DNA of 64,000 nucleotides. Source: Phaeosaccion multiseriatum (taxonomy: Eukaryota > Protista > Ochrophyta, other classes). Made by a program: the position numbers and the translations under genes. Positions 44,770-57,246 of the stretch are shown here, piece after piece. The first letter of the stretch is position 1; every line of letters starts with the position of its first letter. The notes under the pieces were generated by a model. The model saw only the letters and a list, made by a program, of their open reading frames with translations. It searched no databases and had not been told where the DNA came from. The stretch spans positions 3,162,001 to 3,226,000 of the forward strand of contig OZ218955.1 in assembly GCA_965112735.1 (NCBI GenBank). Reading direction: 5' to 3'.

Positions 44770-45213
44770 GAGGAGGAGGAGGAGGAAGACTCTGGTTGTG
44801 TGGCCACTGCTGCTGCTGGTGCTGATGGGGTAGGGGACGGAGGACCACTAACTCAGCAACGTGTGAGCAATGGGGGGACAGACGGGGGTGGAGTTCAGTG
44901 GTCATCGCCAGTCTCGACGGCAGCAGCAGCAGCAGCAGCAGGGGCGGACGGGGCAGAGGGGGCGTCTAGCGAAGAAGGAAGAGGGAAGGAGGGGGCTGGT
45001 GCGGAGACGGGAACGGGAGGAGGAGAAGGGCCGATCAGCATCAGCTTTGCGGAGTCGTGGGACGGTATGAGTGAGGAGGAGAGGCTTGACTTCTGCCTGA
45101 CGTACCTCCGCGAGCAGTGCTACTGCATCTACTGCGGTATTGCCTTTGATGACGCCGAGCAAATGAAGCGGGAATGCCCGGGCAAGGCGCGCAGTGACCA
45201 TGACGACGACTGA
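44107..45213 (+). CDS. G-patch domain protein 11-like (GPATCH11/CCDC75) with C-terminal DUF4187 zinc motif; intronless
   Basis: N-terminal DDYMSEAF, G-patch SNKGFQLLQKMGYKGSGGLGKAGAGLEAPI..KAGLG, and C-terminal YLREQCYCIYCGIAFDD..CPG. Confidence 0.9.
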
Positions 45214-45725
45214 ATAACACTTGCTGAACTAGCCACCGGTGGAGGCGAAAGGAAGGATAACCCGTGCTGATGTCTGCTGTTTCTCATTTGCCTCGAGTGT
45301 GCCCCCCCGTTTGATGAGGAGAGCAGGCAAGCATGGTTAGATGTTTTTACAAGGGGTGGGGGAATCTCTTACTCACAGGGCAAGAGGGGAAAGCTCGTAT
45401 GCGGCTGGTGGCGTTCAGAGACAATTTTGATGCATGTACATTGCGTCCTCTGTAGTAACATCTCCTGTGATATATATATCCCTACAGGAAGTTCCAGACG
45501 GGAGATGGGGTGGTGCCGTTTCTTCCAAGCGCCCGACGGCCCCTCTCTGGATCATGGACGTTAAAAGTGTATAAAAGTGGCAAAACTTCATTTTAATCTA
45601 GGGGTATTATATCTATTTATCTTCTATACCAACGCCTCTGAGAGGCGTAAAAGAGACCACACAAGACGAGAGAACCTCTCCTCCCTCCCCCGGTGATCCG
45701 TCGTCCAACTCACTCTACTTACTCA

Positions 45726-47561
45726 CTACTCCGTTGGCCGTACTGATGGGCTATCGATTGTTGTTTTCAATTCACCCCCGTCTAGTCCCTCCAATAGAGG
45801 TGCCGAGAGTGTCGTGCTGTCCGCCCCTGCCCCTGCTTCCTTGGCCACCTCCATCTCCCCCGCAGCCTGCTCCTGCTCCACCACCAGCGTAGGTAGTAGC
45901 TCCACCTCCCCTGTGTCTACCACCTTATCCTTGTCCTTGTCCTTGTCCTTGTCCTTGTCTTTGCTTTCTTCGCTACTATTGCCCACCGCCCTGACTGGGA
46001 CCTTCTTTTCCAAGGATGCGCTTCTGCTAATAGTCCTGGAGGGGGGGGGGAAAGAAGAAGAATAACAAAAAGGGTTTGCGTAGCTTTTGTTGGCCCAATT
46101 GTAGTCAAGAACGGCGGGGGGGGGGGAGACATGTACCGTATATTGCACGCGCTGTGTACGGTGGAAGCTTCACGGCCGCCCACACACACTACAGGTAGCA
46201 AAAAACACCCCACCACACCCCCCTCCTACTACTCTCTACTCTCATCCCCCCTGTCCTCGCGTTGAGCCTCTCGCCTGGGTCCGTCCACCCGCCCGCCATT
46301 GGTTACCATCCTTTCCCATCCGTCCGTCCGTCCTATCAGTATCCGCCTCCTTTGCACACCTCACCACAGTCACAACCACAGTCACAGCCACACACACATG
46401 CACACGCACGCACACGCACGCACCTGTTGGCCGCTACCTGAGCCACTTCTCTCATGTCACACAGAATAACCGTCATGTTGTCCTGGGATGTGTGGGATGA
46501 GGCAAAGAGAAGGGGACAGAGAGGACGGGGCAAAGAGAGAAACAAACCCGCCATGAGTGGGGAAGGTAGGTGGTTACTGAGACAGAACAGCAGGGAAGGG
46601 CGGGAGGAGGGCAGGCGTCCTTCAGAGGGAGGCGCAAGGAAAGGGGTGCATACGAACTAGCGAACGACCTCCCTCCCCCGTGCTACACTACAAAGACCGG
46701 GCAGTTTTGCCTACAAAGCTGTGCCTCACTCACTCACCGTCGACCCCCTGTTAAAGCACACATTGATCACCTTCTCCGAGAGGGTCTTGACCGCGGCTTC
46801 GCTTCGAGCCTCCCCGGTATTCTGCGTCTACAGAGCGGAGAGGAGGGAGAGCAAGCATATGGGAACACGACCGAATGAACGATCCAACGAACGATGAGAG
46901 GGAGACCCGTGTTGGGCAACATCGAAGAAGATCAGAACATCAGGACAGGACGTGCGAGAGGGTCCAGCAGCACGTCTTTTGGTCTGCAATACAGTCAGGC
47001 ACTGGCCTTTTGGTCTGCGAGAGCGTCAAGCCATGAGTCAAGCAATGAGTCAAGCCATGAGTCCAGCAATGGTCTTTTGGGCGCACATCCCTCCACGCCC
47101 GTCTTCCGACCAGCGCCACCCGCTACACCCAATCCATCGACCCCTCCAGCTTCTCTTCTTTGTCCTCGCGCCTCGCCCCAACTCAGGCCCATCAGTGCCT
47201 CTACTGCTTCCTTCTCAAACCCTCATGCCTACAGAGTCATCCCCTCTCCCTTCTGTCTCCTCGCCCCCCCTCATCCATCGCTCCCCTCTTCCCTCTCAAG
47301 TATGAGGGTGGCTGCCATCCGCCGCCATCCGCTGCAATATCTTACCTCAATGTCCAGGAGCTCCACTATTTCGAGATTACTCAGCACATCCTGACAGATG
47401 AGAGAGAGACAGACAGACAGACAGAGAGAGAGACAGGGAGAGACAGACAGACACAGACAGACACACACACACACAGAGAGAGGGACAGCGAGGGAGAGAG
47501 AGAGAGACGGACAGACAGAGAGGGAGAGAGAGACAGAGGAGAGACGAGGCGAGAGAGAGAC

Positions 47562-47622
<61 letters not shown>

Positions 47623-48398
47623 GAGGGAGAGAGCGAAGAGAGACGACGCGAGAGAGACGAGAGCAGGACGAACGTGAGAAGGATGAAGCGACGGCATGAA
47701 ATCACCCCAGCAATCAATGTGAGTACAACAACACTTCAGGGCGGCTCGGATCACCACCCCCGCAGGACAAACGACACACAAAACGCGAGGAGGTGGAGCT
47801 GTGACAAGTAGGACAGGCACTTGAAGTCAGGGGAGCACTTACCCATACGCCATCCGTCGCCAAAACCAAAAAGTTGTCATTTCCCCTCTCGCGCTTCCGC
47901 TCGAAGAACTCGGGACAGGGACTCACGATCTGAAATTTCGGCATTGTTTCGTTTGTTGTAGGGAGAGGTGCAACAAGGCAGAGGAAGTAAGGTCGATGCT
48001 TACAGGTGTCAGAGGTTTCAAGCCCGGCAGAGAGGGGCAGCAAGGCGGGCAGACACACAGAAAGACGATGGCTGAGAAACAGACAGACCGACACATACAC
48101 AGACAGGGCACACAGACAGATAGATAGACAGACAGACGGACGGACGGACGGACGCACAGACCGACCGAACGAACCGACAACACGCGCCTGCTCAGCCGGA
48201 GACTTGCAATTCTCATCTTTGAAGTCGAAGTCTCCGAGGGCGCGTGAACTGCGGCGGGCACGGTGATCCAAAGGGGTGGGGGGAGGGGAGGGGAGGGGAG
48301 GGGGGTGGTGTCAAGACGCGAGAGGGGGGGGGGGCGAGCGACCCCCGGGGGACTGACTCGCCGGGTAGACTTCCCATCACCAGAATGCGCGCGTGCGC

Positions 48399-48438
<40 letters not shown>

Positions 48439-50585
48439 AGTGGAAGCGCTTCGTAAGAGGTGGAGTGAAAGCCGCTGAAAATGGAGGGACCGAAGAGCAG
48501 GGTAGAGTGCCCATGGAGGCCGCTGGAAACCAGGCAGGTACGATATGACAAGGGTGGGCATACGTATGGGTGGTCATACGTAAGGGTGGGGATACGTACA
48601 CGCACGTCGCTAGAGACATATTTGATCCGACGGTGGTGATGCGTGCACAGCGAGGGTCGGACTCGTCAAGGAATCCTCCGCAGCGGAGTATTCTCCTCTT
48701 CTCAGGTGTGCGCCCTGGGGAGGCAAGTAAGATGGTAAGGAAGGGAGGAAAGAAGGAAGGACGGAAGAACGGAAGAAAGAGGAGGTCATTCAGTCAGTCA
48801 GTCAGTCAGTCAGTCAGCGCGAGGGCTACGAGGGCCGAAGAAGTGTGCGGGTCGCTGACCTCCCCACACATGCCCCACATGTACATGCACGGGTGGACCT
48901 TCTCCCTCCCTCCCTCCCTCCCTCCCTCCCTCCCTCCCACAACCGCAACACAACCCTCAGCGGAAAGAGCGTCCTTATCTCCTTCTCTTGCTATCTCTCT
49001 CTCTCTCTTTCTCTCTCGACCTCTCTCACTCCCTTCTCTTTACCTCTGTCTCCCCGGCGTGAAGCCAACTCACCTGGCTTGTGATCTATGGACATGGGAA
49101 GCTGCCTACCCCCCCGACTTAACACAACCCGACTGTCTCCCACGTTGCCGCACAAAACGTGGGTGGGGGTGATGAAGGCGAGGTGGGCGGTCGTCCCTGC
49201 ATTGATTCCCGCCTCTCGCATCCGCCTGTCACACTCGATGTACCCCTCTGTGCAGCCCCCCTCAACGTCTCCCTTCTGCCATTTGGGGGACGCTTCAATG
49301 TATGAAAGGAGGTTTCTGTGAGGGTCGCGTGTTGAGTGAAGGTGTCGGACGCGTGTTGTGTGTTGAATGAAGGTGTCCGAGCGAATCCCCCAGGATTCAT
49401 GTGAGATGAAGGATAGAAAGGGCCATGGGAGTCGAAGGAGGGGCAAGAAGAGGGGACAAGAGAGGGGGAGTGTACACGAGAAAGGTGAGACATTGAGAAA
49501 ACGCCGTGTGTGGTGTGCCTTCACACAGACAGCAAGTAAATGCGTGAATTCTCTCCCGCCCTGTCCTCTTACTCACTGCGCTGCAAAATCCGCTGCAGAT
49601 TTCCCACTGTGGCCGTCAAACACGCCCAGGACCATCACATCCTTACAAGAGGGAGAGAGGGAGAGGGAAAGGGCGAGGGAGGGGGATGCATCATCAGTTA
49701 AGAGAGCGCGCCTTTACAAACCTCCATCCACAGCTTCCTTCCTTCCACAACCACAAATGGCAGCGCCGAGAGGGAGAGAGGAGGGTCCTTAGCGCTAATA
49801 ATGAAAAACAATGCCCCTAATGCAGTCAATCAAAGCACGTCATCCCTTCCCTTCTGTTGACGGTACGCCCTTACCTCTCTGGACTTGAGGGAGAGCACCA
49901 CGAGTGGCACGTCTTCCATATACCGCCGCCACCCCTGCATGCTCGACTGCGCGACTATTAGCCCATTGACGCTGTTCACCTGCTCGATGCAACGAAGGGA
50001 ATAGATGCCAAGAAGGCATGCAGGAAAGTGCACACGAGGAGGAAGATAAATCAAAGAGGGTGGTGCAGCATGTTAGACTTCAACCTGGACAGAATTCCTC
50101 AGTTGCCCTTTTAGCTCATCTCATCAGACTGTTGCAACTTGGACCATTGCAAAATATGCACCTTCCTACGCCGCCTACATGAACTCCTTGCCCTGCTCTT
50201 TGCAGTTGGCCTTGCATCAACTCTTGCAACACTGTTCAAACTCTTCCTATTTGTTAGGCCATCCCAGCCAGCTTTGTCCTCGTCTCGTCCCCGTTTCGTT
50301 GCACTCGTCGTTTCCTGGCGCCCACTGCGTCGTGCCTTCAGGACTACTGTGCACTGTGCGCACGCACGCGTCTTCTCCCCTCTGTGCGGTTGCCAACCTG
50401 GCGAGGTAGTCGCCCCACCCCTCTCTGCGGTTCAGGCCAATCAACTCACCGCACGCTACAATCTAATTCTTAAATTTCTCTTCTTTAGCCCCACCCACCT
50501 GCGTCGATAGCTTGGTTACAGCCTCGTCAAGCAGCGGGGACACAGCGGTCGCTCCCCCGCCCTTGCTCGAGCAGGTTCCCCCCAT
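45726..50585 (-). CDS. Protein phosphatase 2C (PPM family), multi-exon, with putative N-myristoylation
   Basis: MGGTCS start, [42 protein letters not shown]|[20 protein letters not shown]|DV, GST|DNMTVI. Confidence 0.94.
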
Positions 50586-51405
50586 CTGGAAAGTATCCTT
50601 GCCCCCCAATAAGGCAAGGACAGCTCTTCTTCCAACCCTTCGAGTCTCTTTGAAAGCCTGTATGCAATACACGTCTGCTAAAAAGGGGGGCGATATAACG
50701 ATGTAACCCGGGCTCACAGCCACCGGTTGAGTTAATTCTTGCGCTTTTGCCCCCCCCGACTAATAAAGGGGCTCCAAGGAACCCCGGGGGACAGGCATAT
50801 GGGCTAGTGTCAACAATTAGCCCGCAGGTATCGCTGTATCGCTATCGAGAATGTGGGCGATAGTATATCAGGGGTTGAATGCTTCTGAGACAGGCCAGCC
50901 CAGAAGGAGGAAGCAGCCTTGGCCCTCATCATTGCCTTATTACATGGCTTTCCCCCAGAACCTGGAACCTGCCTGGCCGGCTGGCGCCAGCCAGAAGCAG
51001 GAAGCAGGCCGGCTCGCCTCAGAAGCATGTCAGGGGCCGAACAACCGCAGACAAGTGAAGACGCCATCAGTGTTTTGCTTTTGCTTACACATCACACATG
51101 GACGTCACCATCAACCAAGTGGAGAAGGGAACAAAATAATCAATTAAAACTATATACATGCGGGTGGTGACAACCCGTACGTGATGGCATCGCTACCTAA
51201 TGTGTTTAATGTGAACCCTACTCTCATCCCACCTCCTTCTTCCGTAACAACTGCTACGTACGACGTACTTGTTTGACACTGTAGCCTGCTGCTCTGCTGC
51301 TCCCCTCTCCCTCCCCTCCCACTGGCCATCTGCTACGTTTGCCCTCTTGTGTTGCTGGTGCGGTGCCTCTCCAATGCCCTGGTTTCACTCCACTCTGTCA
51401 TAACT

Positions 51406-52619
51406 TTACAAAACCTTCTTCGACATGTCCAGACCCGCTTTGTCTCTCCTCTCCTTGACCTTCTCCCATGCCCCCAATGCCCTCTTGCGCTTGGTGACCA
51501 GGCCCACCTTGGCAAAGGCGTCAATGAGCATCTTGGTGGGGTTGAACTGAGTCGACACGCCGTACTCCGAAGCTGCGTAGTCAAAGGGGTACTTGTGGTG
51601 CCAGTTGTGCCATCCCTCACCGACAGCCACAAGAGACACGAGCGGGTTCTCGCTGGGCCAGCTCTCGTTGTCGTACGGGTGGTCGCCAAACATGTGCGCA
51701 GCGCTGTTAACACACCAGGTGAAATGCAGCACCGCGCAATACCGCAGCACTCCTGCCACCCACATGGCCACCCACGGGTCCTCTCCCCACCCGTGCTTGG
51801 CCACCAACGCGGGGAAGGCAAAGCACATGAAGAAGGAGAACCAAGGGTCGAGCCTGTCCTGGAACATTACCACCTTGTCGGCTCGAAGGTCACTAAAGTC
51901 GAGCTGTCTACCGGCGGCCACCACGTCCGGGTGCTTCTTGACATAGAGCCAGCCCATGTGCGCAAAGAAGAAGCCGCGCTGCGCATTGTGCGGGTCGGCG
52001 TCGGTCTCTGAGTGCTTGTGGTGCACACGGTGGTCTCTGGCCCAGTGGTAGATGGAGCCTTGGTTGGCCACGCTGTTGACCAGCATGAGCAGCACACGCA
52101 CAGACCAGTGCGCGTTGTACGAGCGGTGTGCCCACAGCCTGTGCACGCCTCCGGTGATTCCAAAGCCACTGTTGTGATTGATTGATTGATGAGGGTAGGA
52201 GAGGGCAAGGCACAGACCAAGGTGGTTAAGCGTGATGCGGGAGAGGCGATGACTCTCAACTGCGACATTTGGGACGGCCCATCCACCCCCCCCCTTCAAA
52301 ATGACTATGAAAGGACTTAACTCCACGGAACATGTGGATTGGATCAGGTACGACAAAGAGGGAGTTTAGCGTGGCATACATCCGCTCACCTGATTGGCCA
52401 GAGGACGAACGCCCACAGGAGCGTCTGCCATTGGCAGGACGTGACCTTGGTCAGTCCCACAAATGCCGCCCAATGCACCAGGGATATGTAGATGCCCATG
52501 GGCCAATTGATGTTGCCATTCTTCCAGTGGTAGGCGACTGCCTCGCAAGTGTCCTTCGCTACCGTGATGGGGTTCCAGGTCATGTTGCGCTGGGGCAGCT
52601 TCACCTCATCGTCACTCAT
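51406..52619 (-). CDS. Membrane delta-9-type fatty acyl desaturase (OLE1/ADS/DesC family), 2 exons
   Basis: His boxes HRLWAH, HRVHH and HNWHH, plus DPHNAQRGFFFAHMGWL and GEGWHN. Intron ~52389-52170. C-terminal KKVL*. No fused cytochrome b5. Confidence 0.95.
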
Positions 52620-52651
52620 GGCTACTGCAACCGGCGCCGCAGCTCGTGGAG

Positions 52652-52659
52652 TTTCCCGC
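52652..52659 (+). promoter_or_regulatory. E2F-like site TTTCCCGC in the divergent desaturase/PRIM2 region
   Basis: Exact match to the TTTSSCGC consensus ~510 bp upstream of PRIM2. A single 8-mer could arise by chance. Confidence 0.25.
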
Positions 52660-53168
52660 TCGTGTCCGCAAATTAAGCGTCCGCCTCTCTATCCCTTCTT
52701 GCTGTCGCTCCTTCCTGCTCCTCTCTACTGTCCTTAATGGATAGGGCTTCTTATGTGTTGTGCTCACTCTTCCGGCGCGGTGAGTGCGTAATTAACCGCC
52801 CGATTGCGAAGCTAATACTGCTGATGCTCCGTCATCAAAAAATGAGCATCGACAACGTCCACCCCTGGAGAACGCGTGCACCCATCTCGTGTTTTTGAAT
52901 CGATTTCGATCCGGTGCGAGTTTGAACTCCGTCCCCCTCTATCTCTCTCTCTCTCACGCATTTACTGCATTGAGACAGCACCGAGAGCCGGGGAGAGCAG
53001 AGGAGGGGCCGGACACGGGGGGGAGGAAGGCGGGAGAGCAGGTTGCACGGCTCGAGAGGGAGGAAGGCGGGAGCAGCGGGTTTGTATTGATCTTAAGAGA
53101 GGAGGCGGGGTTTGGCAACACTTGGAGGGAACAGCAGCTCGGCTGAGTGAGGAGCGGCTGCGGCGACC

Positions 53169-56100
53169 ATGATTGGGGCGCACTCCATGGGGAGGGCCAG
53201 CCGGCCGGGGCAGGAGAAGAAAGAGGCACTGGTGAACGTGCACGAGACGGTGAGCATGTACACCGAGCCGCCAGAGATAGAGATTACTTTGGACGAGCTG
53301 GAGTTGTACGCCCTCGACAGGCTCATGGTGCTACGGAAGATTGCTGAGCTCAAGGCGAGAGGGGTGAAGCCCATGACGGACATGTTCAAGACGGAGCTGG
53401 CGGCCGCCATCAACAAGTACATGCCCATCAAGAGAAGCGCCTCAGCCAACGAGGCGGGGATGCGCAAGGTCAGCCAGTGACTGAGTCCCTACCTTGAGGG
53501 GGGTTGGAGGTAGCAAGGGCTTTCCTGTGGTACTTAAGAATTTCTCTCCTCCACCCCCTTCCTTCTCCCCTGCAGGACAATGTGAGCCACTTCATTCTGC
53601 GCCTGGCCTTCTGCCGCACGGAGGAGCTGCGGCGTCAGTTCCTCTCGGAGGAGTCAGCGCTCTTCAGACACAGGCTGGAGGGCATCGGCAACAAGGGACT
53701 CGCTGACTTTATCGCCACTCAGGTCAGACGGATGAAGGAGCGCACGCGCGCACGCGCGTACACAGGCTGGCTGATGAAGCTGATGAAGCTCCTGTTCCAC
53801 CGTGCCAAGAAGCGTGACCCTCACGCATGAGACTACGTGTGTCCCTTGCCCGAGCAGATGCCAGTAGTCAATCATACGGCATGCGATTACATCCCCTCCC
53901 CGCCGCTGCTTTAACCACGCCCCCGGCACTCTTGCGTCCTACCATCCTCCGTGCACCAGGGATTGGACTTCAGCAGAGTGTCTGAAGAAGACAAGAACGC
54001 TCTCCGAACCAAGCTGCTCGCGCTGCCCAACGCACCCGTTCAGGTACCAAGTGCACCAGTGGCCACGATGCCGCGGAATCATCTCACCTCGGCTCATCTC
54101 ACCTCACCGCACCGCACCCCAACTGACGTCATCCCACACACATACACACACGCATACAAACACACACGCACGCACACACGTACCACGCACGGACGCCCCT
54201 CGACAGGCCTTCAGCGCGACGACATACTACAAGATCCCCTTCACGCAGGCGGTGGACCTCATCGGCTCTCGGCAGGTGTACCTGGAGGGGGGCTTCGCCT
54301 TTGTGCCCCTCCACAGGGTCATCTCCATCGTCGCCAGCAGGTTCCGCATGGGCCTCAGCAGGAGCCTCATCACCGCGAGCAACGGGTAAGCGTAGTACAG
54401 TACCTGAGTGACATGTGGTGGGAGCCTTTGGAAGCGTCAGGAGTGCTGTGGGAAGGGTACCGGATGGTGGGGCGTGGCGGATGCTGTTTGGGTCCCTCTC
54501 GCACCCCCAACCGGTACGACTGGAACTCGATGGGTCTCTGACCGTATCCTTGGATGACCCCTCCCGCACACGTGGGGGGAGGTAGGGCGGGAGGGGGGGG
54601 GGGTGCCCTGCTGAAGCTATATGAGCTCACAATGAGGCCCTCCAGCCTTGGTCGGGTCCCTCACGTAAGTCAGTAATGGATTTAACCTTGATGCTGGATG
54701 ACTTACTGTATCGCTCGAAGGTATCCCATCGTTGCAAGCGACGACCGTTTCGGGCCTCTGCTGCACAACATGAACAAGCAGTACATCGGGAAGGACTTCG
54801 CCGGATCAGCGGATGATGGTACGCTGTGTGACCACCCTGACCCTCACAATCACCCTGACCCTAACCCTGACCCTGGCTCTGACCCTGGCTCTGACCCTGA
54901 CCCTCACCATCAGCATTACCCTCACCCTAACCCTACCACCCTACCACCCTCACCCTCACCCTCACCCTGACCCCGACCCCCACCCTGACCCCGACCCTCA
55001 CCCGACTCTGACCTCACCCTCACCCTCACCCTCGCCCTCATCCTCGCCCGCTGACTATGAACCTGACCACCCCTGACCCCGACCTTCACCCTCACTCTCT
55101 GACCCTGGTCCCGACTCTCTGTATCTGCTGCCCGGCAGCCGAGGCGCTGCGGCCTGACCAGCTGGACTTGATGGCCGAGAGGTCCATGCCGCTGTGCATG
55201 AAGCAGCTCCATGGGGGGCTGAGGAGTCAGCACAGGCTCAAGCATTGGGGCAGGCTTCAGTACGGACTCTTTCTCAAGGGTAGGTGTATGTGTATCGCCC
55301 TGACACCCTGTGTCCTGACACCACCGCATCGCCTTCCTTCGGGGATGTGTGACTTCGGCTCGGGCCTCCCCCCCCCCCCTCGGCTGACATGCCCTCCTCA
55401 TTCTCTGCTGCTGCCCCTCCTGCTGCTGCCCCTCCTGCTGCTGCTCAAACGACTACTGCTACTGCTTGTTACAAACCAAATCGCCGATAATTTTGTGTGT
55501 ATATTAATAGGAGCGGGGCTGAGCATGGAGGATGCTCGTCTGTTCTTCCAAACGGAGTTCAGCAAGGTGCTGGGGGCAGATCAGTTCGACAAGAAGTACG
55601 CCTACGGCATCCGACACATGTACGGGCAGGAGGGGAAGCGCACCAACTACACCCCTTACAGGTAAAGAGAAATGTATTGTTAAAGATACCGACATCGACA
55701 TTGGCATCGACATTGGTACCGACTCTCTTTCGGGATGACCGATGTTTGAACTACTTTGGGTTACGACAGTGGGGTGGCGGGGGCGCGGAGATGGATCCAT
55801 GTGGTCAAGGTCCCAATGAAGTACTCTGCTGAACTGAAGTATGAACTACACTTCCTTTGCCCTATACCCGCCACCAGCTGTATGAAGATCATCATGGGCA
55901 ACCCCCCCGGGCCCGGACACCACCACGGCTGCCCATACCGGCACTATGACGCCAACCACCTCAGTGGCGTTATGAACGGGCTCAAGCTCAACGTCAAGGA
56001 CAAGGAGCAGGTCATGAACCAGGCCAAGGGCAAGAACTACCAGGTACGTTGGCGCCAGTCAAGGGCATCAGTGGTTGGAGGAAGGGGGGGGGGGTTAATG

Positions 56101-56428
56101 CGAAGGTCTCCTCTATGTAAGACAGCGAGAGAGAGAGGAGGGTGCCGTTGGCGAAAGGCACTACCTTCCTCGGCGAAGAACGAAAGACTTGAATCTGCAA
56201 TCCACACACCCACGCACCCACGCACGCGTCTTTTCGTCCTCATACCACCTCTCTCCTTACCTCCTCATCTCCTCATCTCCCCCCCTGCGGTTCCTCTCCC
56301 CGTCTCTCTCTCTCTCTCCCCGTCTCTCTCTCTCTCTCTCTCCGTCTCTCTCTCTCTCTCTCCCCGTCTCTCTCTCTCTCTCTCTCTCCCCGTCTCTCTC
56401 TCTCTCCCCGTCTCTCTCTCTCTACCCG

Positions 56429-56459
<31 letters not shown>

Positions 56460-56892
56460 CCCTCTTTGTCCCTCTCCCTCCCTCTCTCTCTCTCCCATCC
56501 CCTCCCCCCCCTCCCTCACTCTCTTTGTCCCTCTCCCTCTCTCTCTCTCTCTTCCTCTCTCCCTCTCTCTCTCTCTCCCCTCCCTCTCTTGTCTCCAGCT
56601 TGCGTGCCAAGCGCACTTCGAAGCGACACACAAGGGCTGGAACGAGCTCGGCGTGAGCCCAGACGGAGTGGGCAACCACCCCAACGCCTGGATGGCCGCC
56701 AGCAGAGACTACTACGCCAGGAAGGCCGAGAAGGCTGCCGAGAGCGACCCCTCCCCCGGCCAGGGTAGGCTGCAGCTCCAGGGTAGTACCAACTCGGGAG
56801 GGAGACCACAGCAGTCGCAGCAGCAGGGGAAGGGTCTGACCGTGGCACCAGCAGCGGGGGGGGGAGACACCAGCATTGGCCCGATGGCGTGA
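53169..56892 (+). CDS. PRIM2: DNA primase large subunit (4Fe-4S), multi-exon
   Basis: MYTEPPEIEITLDELELYALDRLMVL, DNVSHFILRLAFCRTEELR, YKIPFTQAVDLI..RQVYLEGGFAFV, MPLCM, LKHWGRLQYGLFLKG, YGIRHMYGQEGKRTNYTPY|SC, HHGCPY, YQ|LAC, HPN. About 9 exons. Confidence 0.96.
54833..55110 (+). repeat. Degenerate hexamer repeat (CCCTGA/CCCTCA/CCCTAA)n in a PRIM2 intron
   Basis: Directly visible. Similar tracts lie at 27616-27660 and 27970-28052. Confidence 0.85.
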
Positions 56893-57094
56893 TGCGTGAG
56901 GCGTGAGGCAATCCCACCCCAGTTTCCCAGTCTTTCTTCCGCTTGATTCGTTGCCAAATGTGTTCTGGGGCTCCCCAATGTTTGTTATGTGACGGGCGCA
57001 GTATCGTGTCAAAATCAAAAATAGAGCTCCTCGACATTTGTTGCTGACTTATTATTCTCCTGTCAACTGCCGATATCCAATCGCCCGTGCCGTG

Positions 57095-57126
<32 letters not shown>

Positions 57127-57246
57127 AAGTACTGCAGCAGCAGCAAGAAAAGAAGCCCCACGAGGACGAAGGACGAAAGCGCATTGCAGGAAGAGGCTGT
57201 TGCGGAGATGGTGCCGCGGTTCGCTAGACCCCTATTCCTCTGAGAC

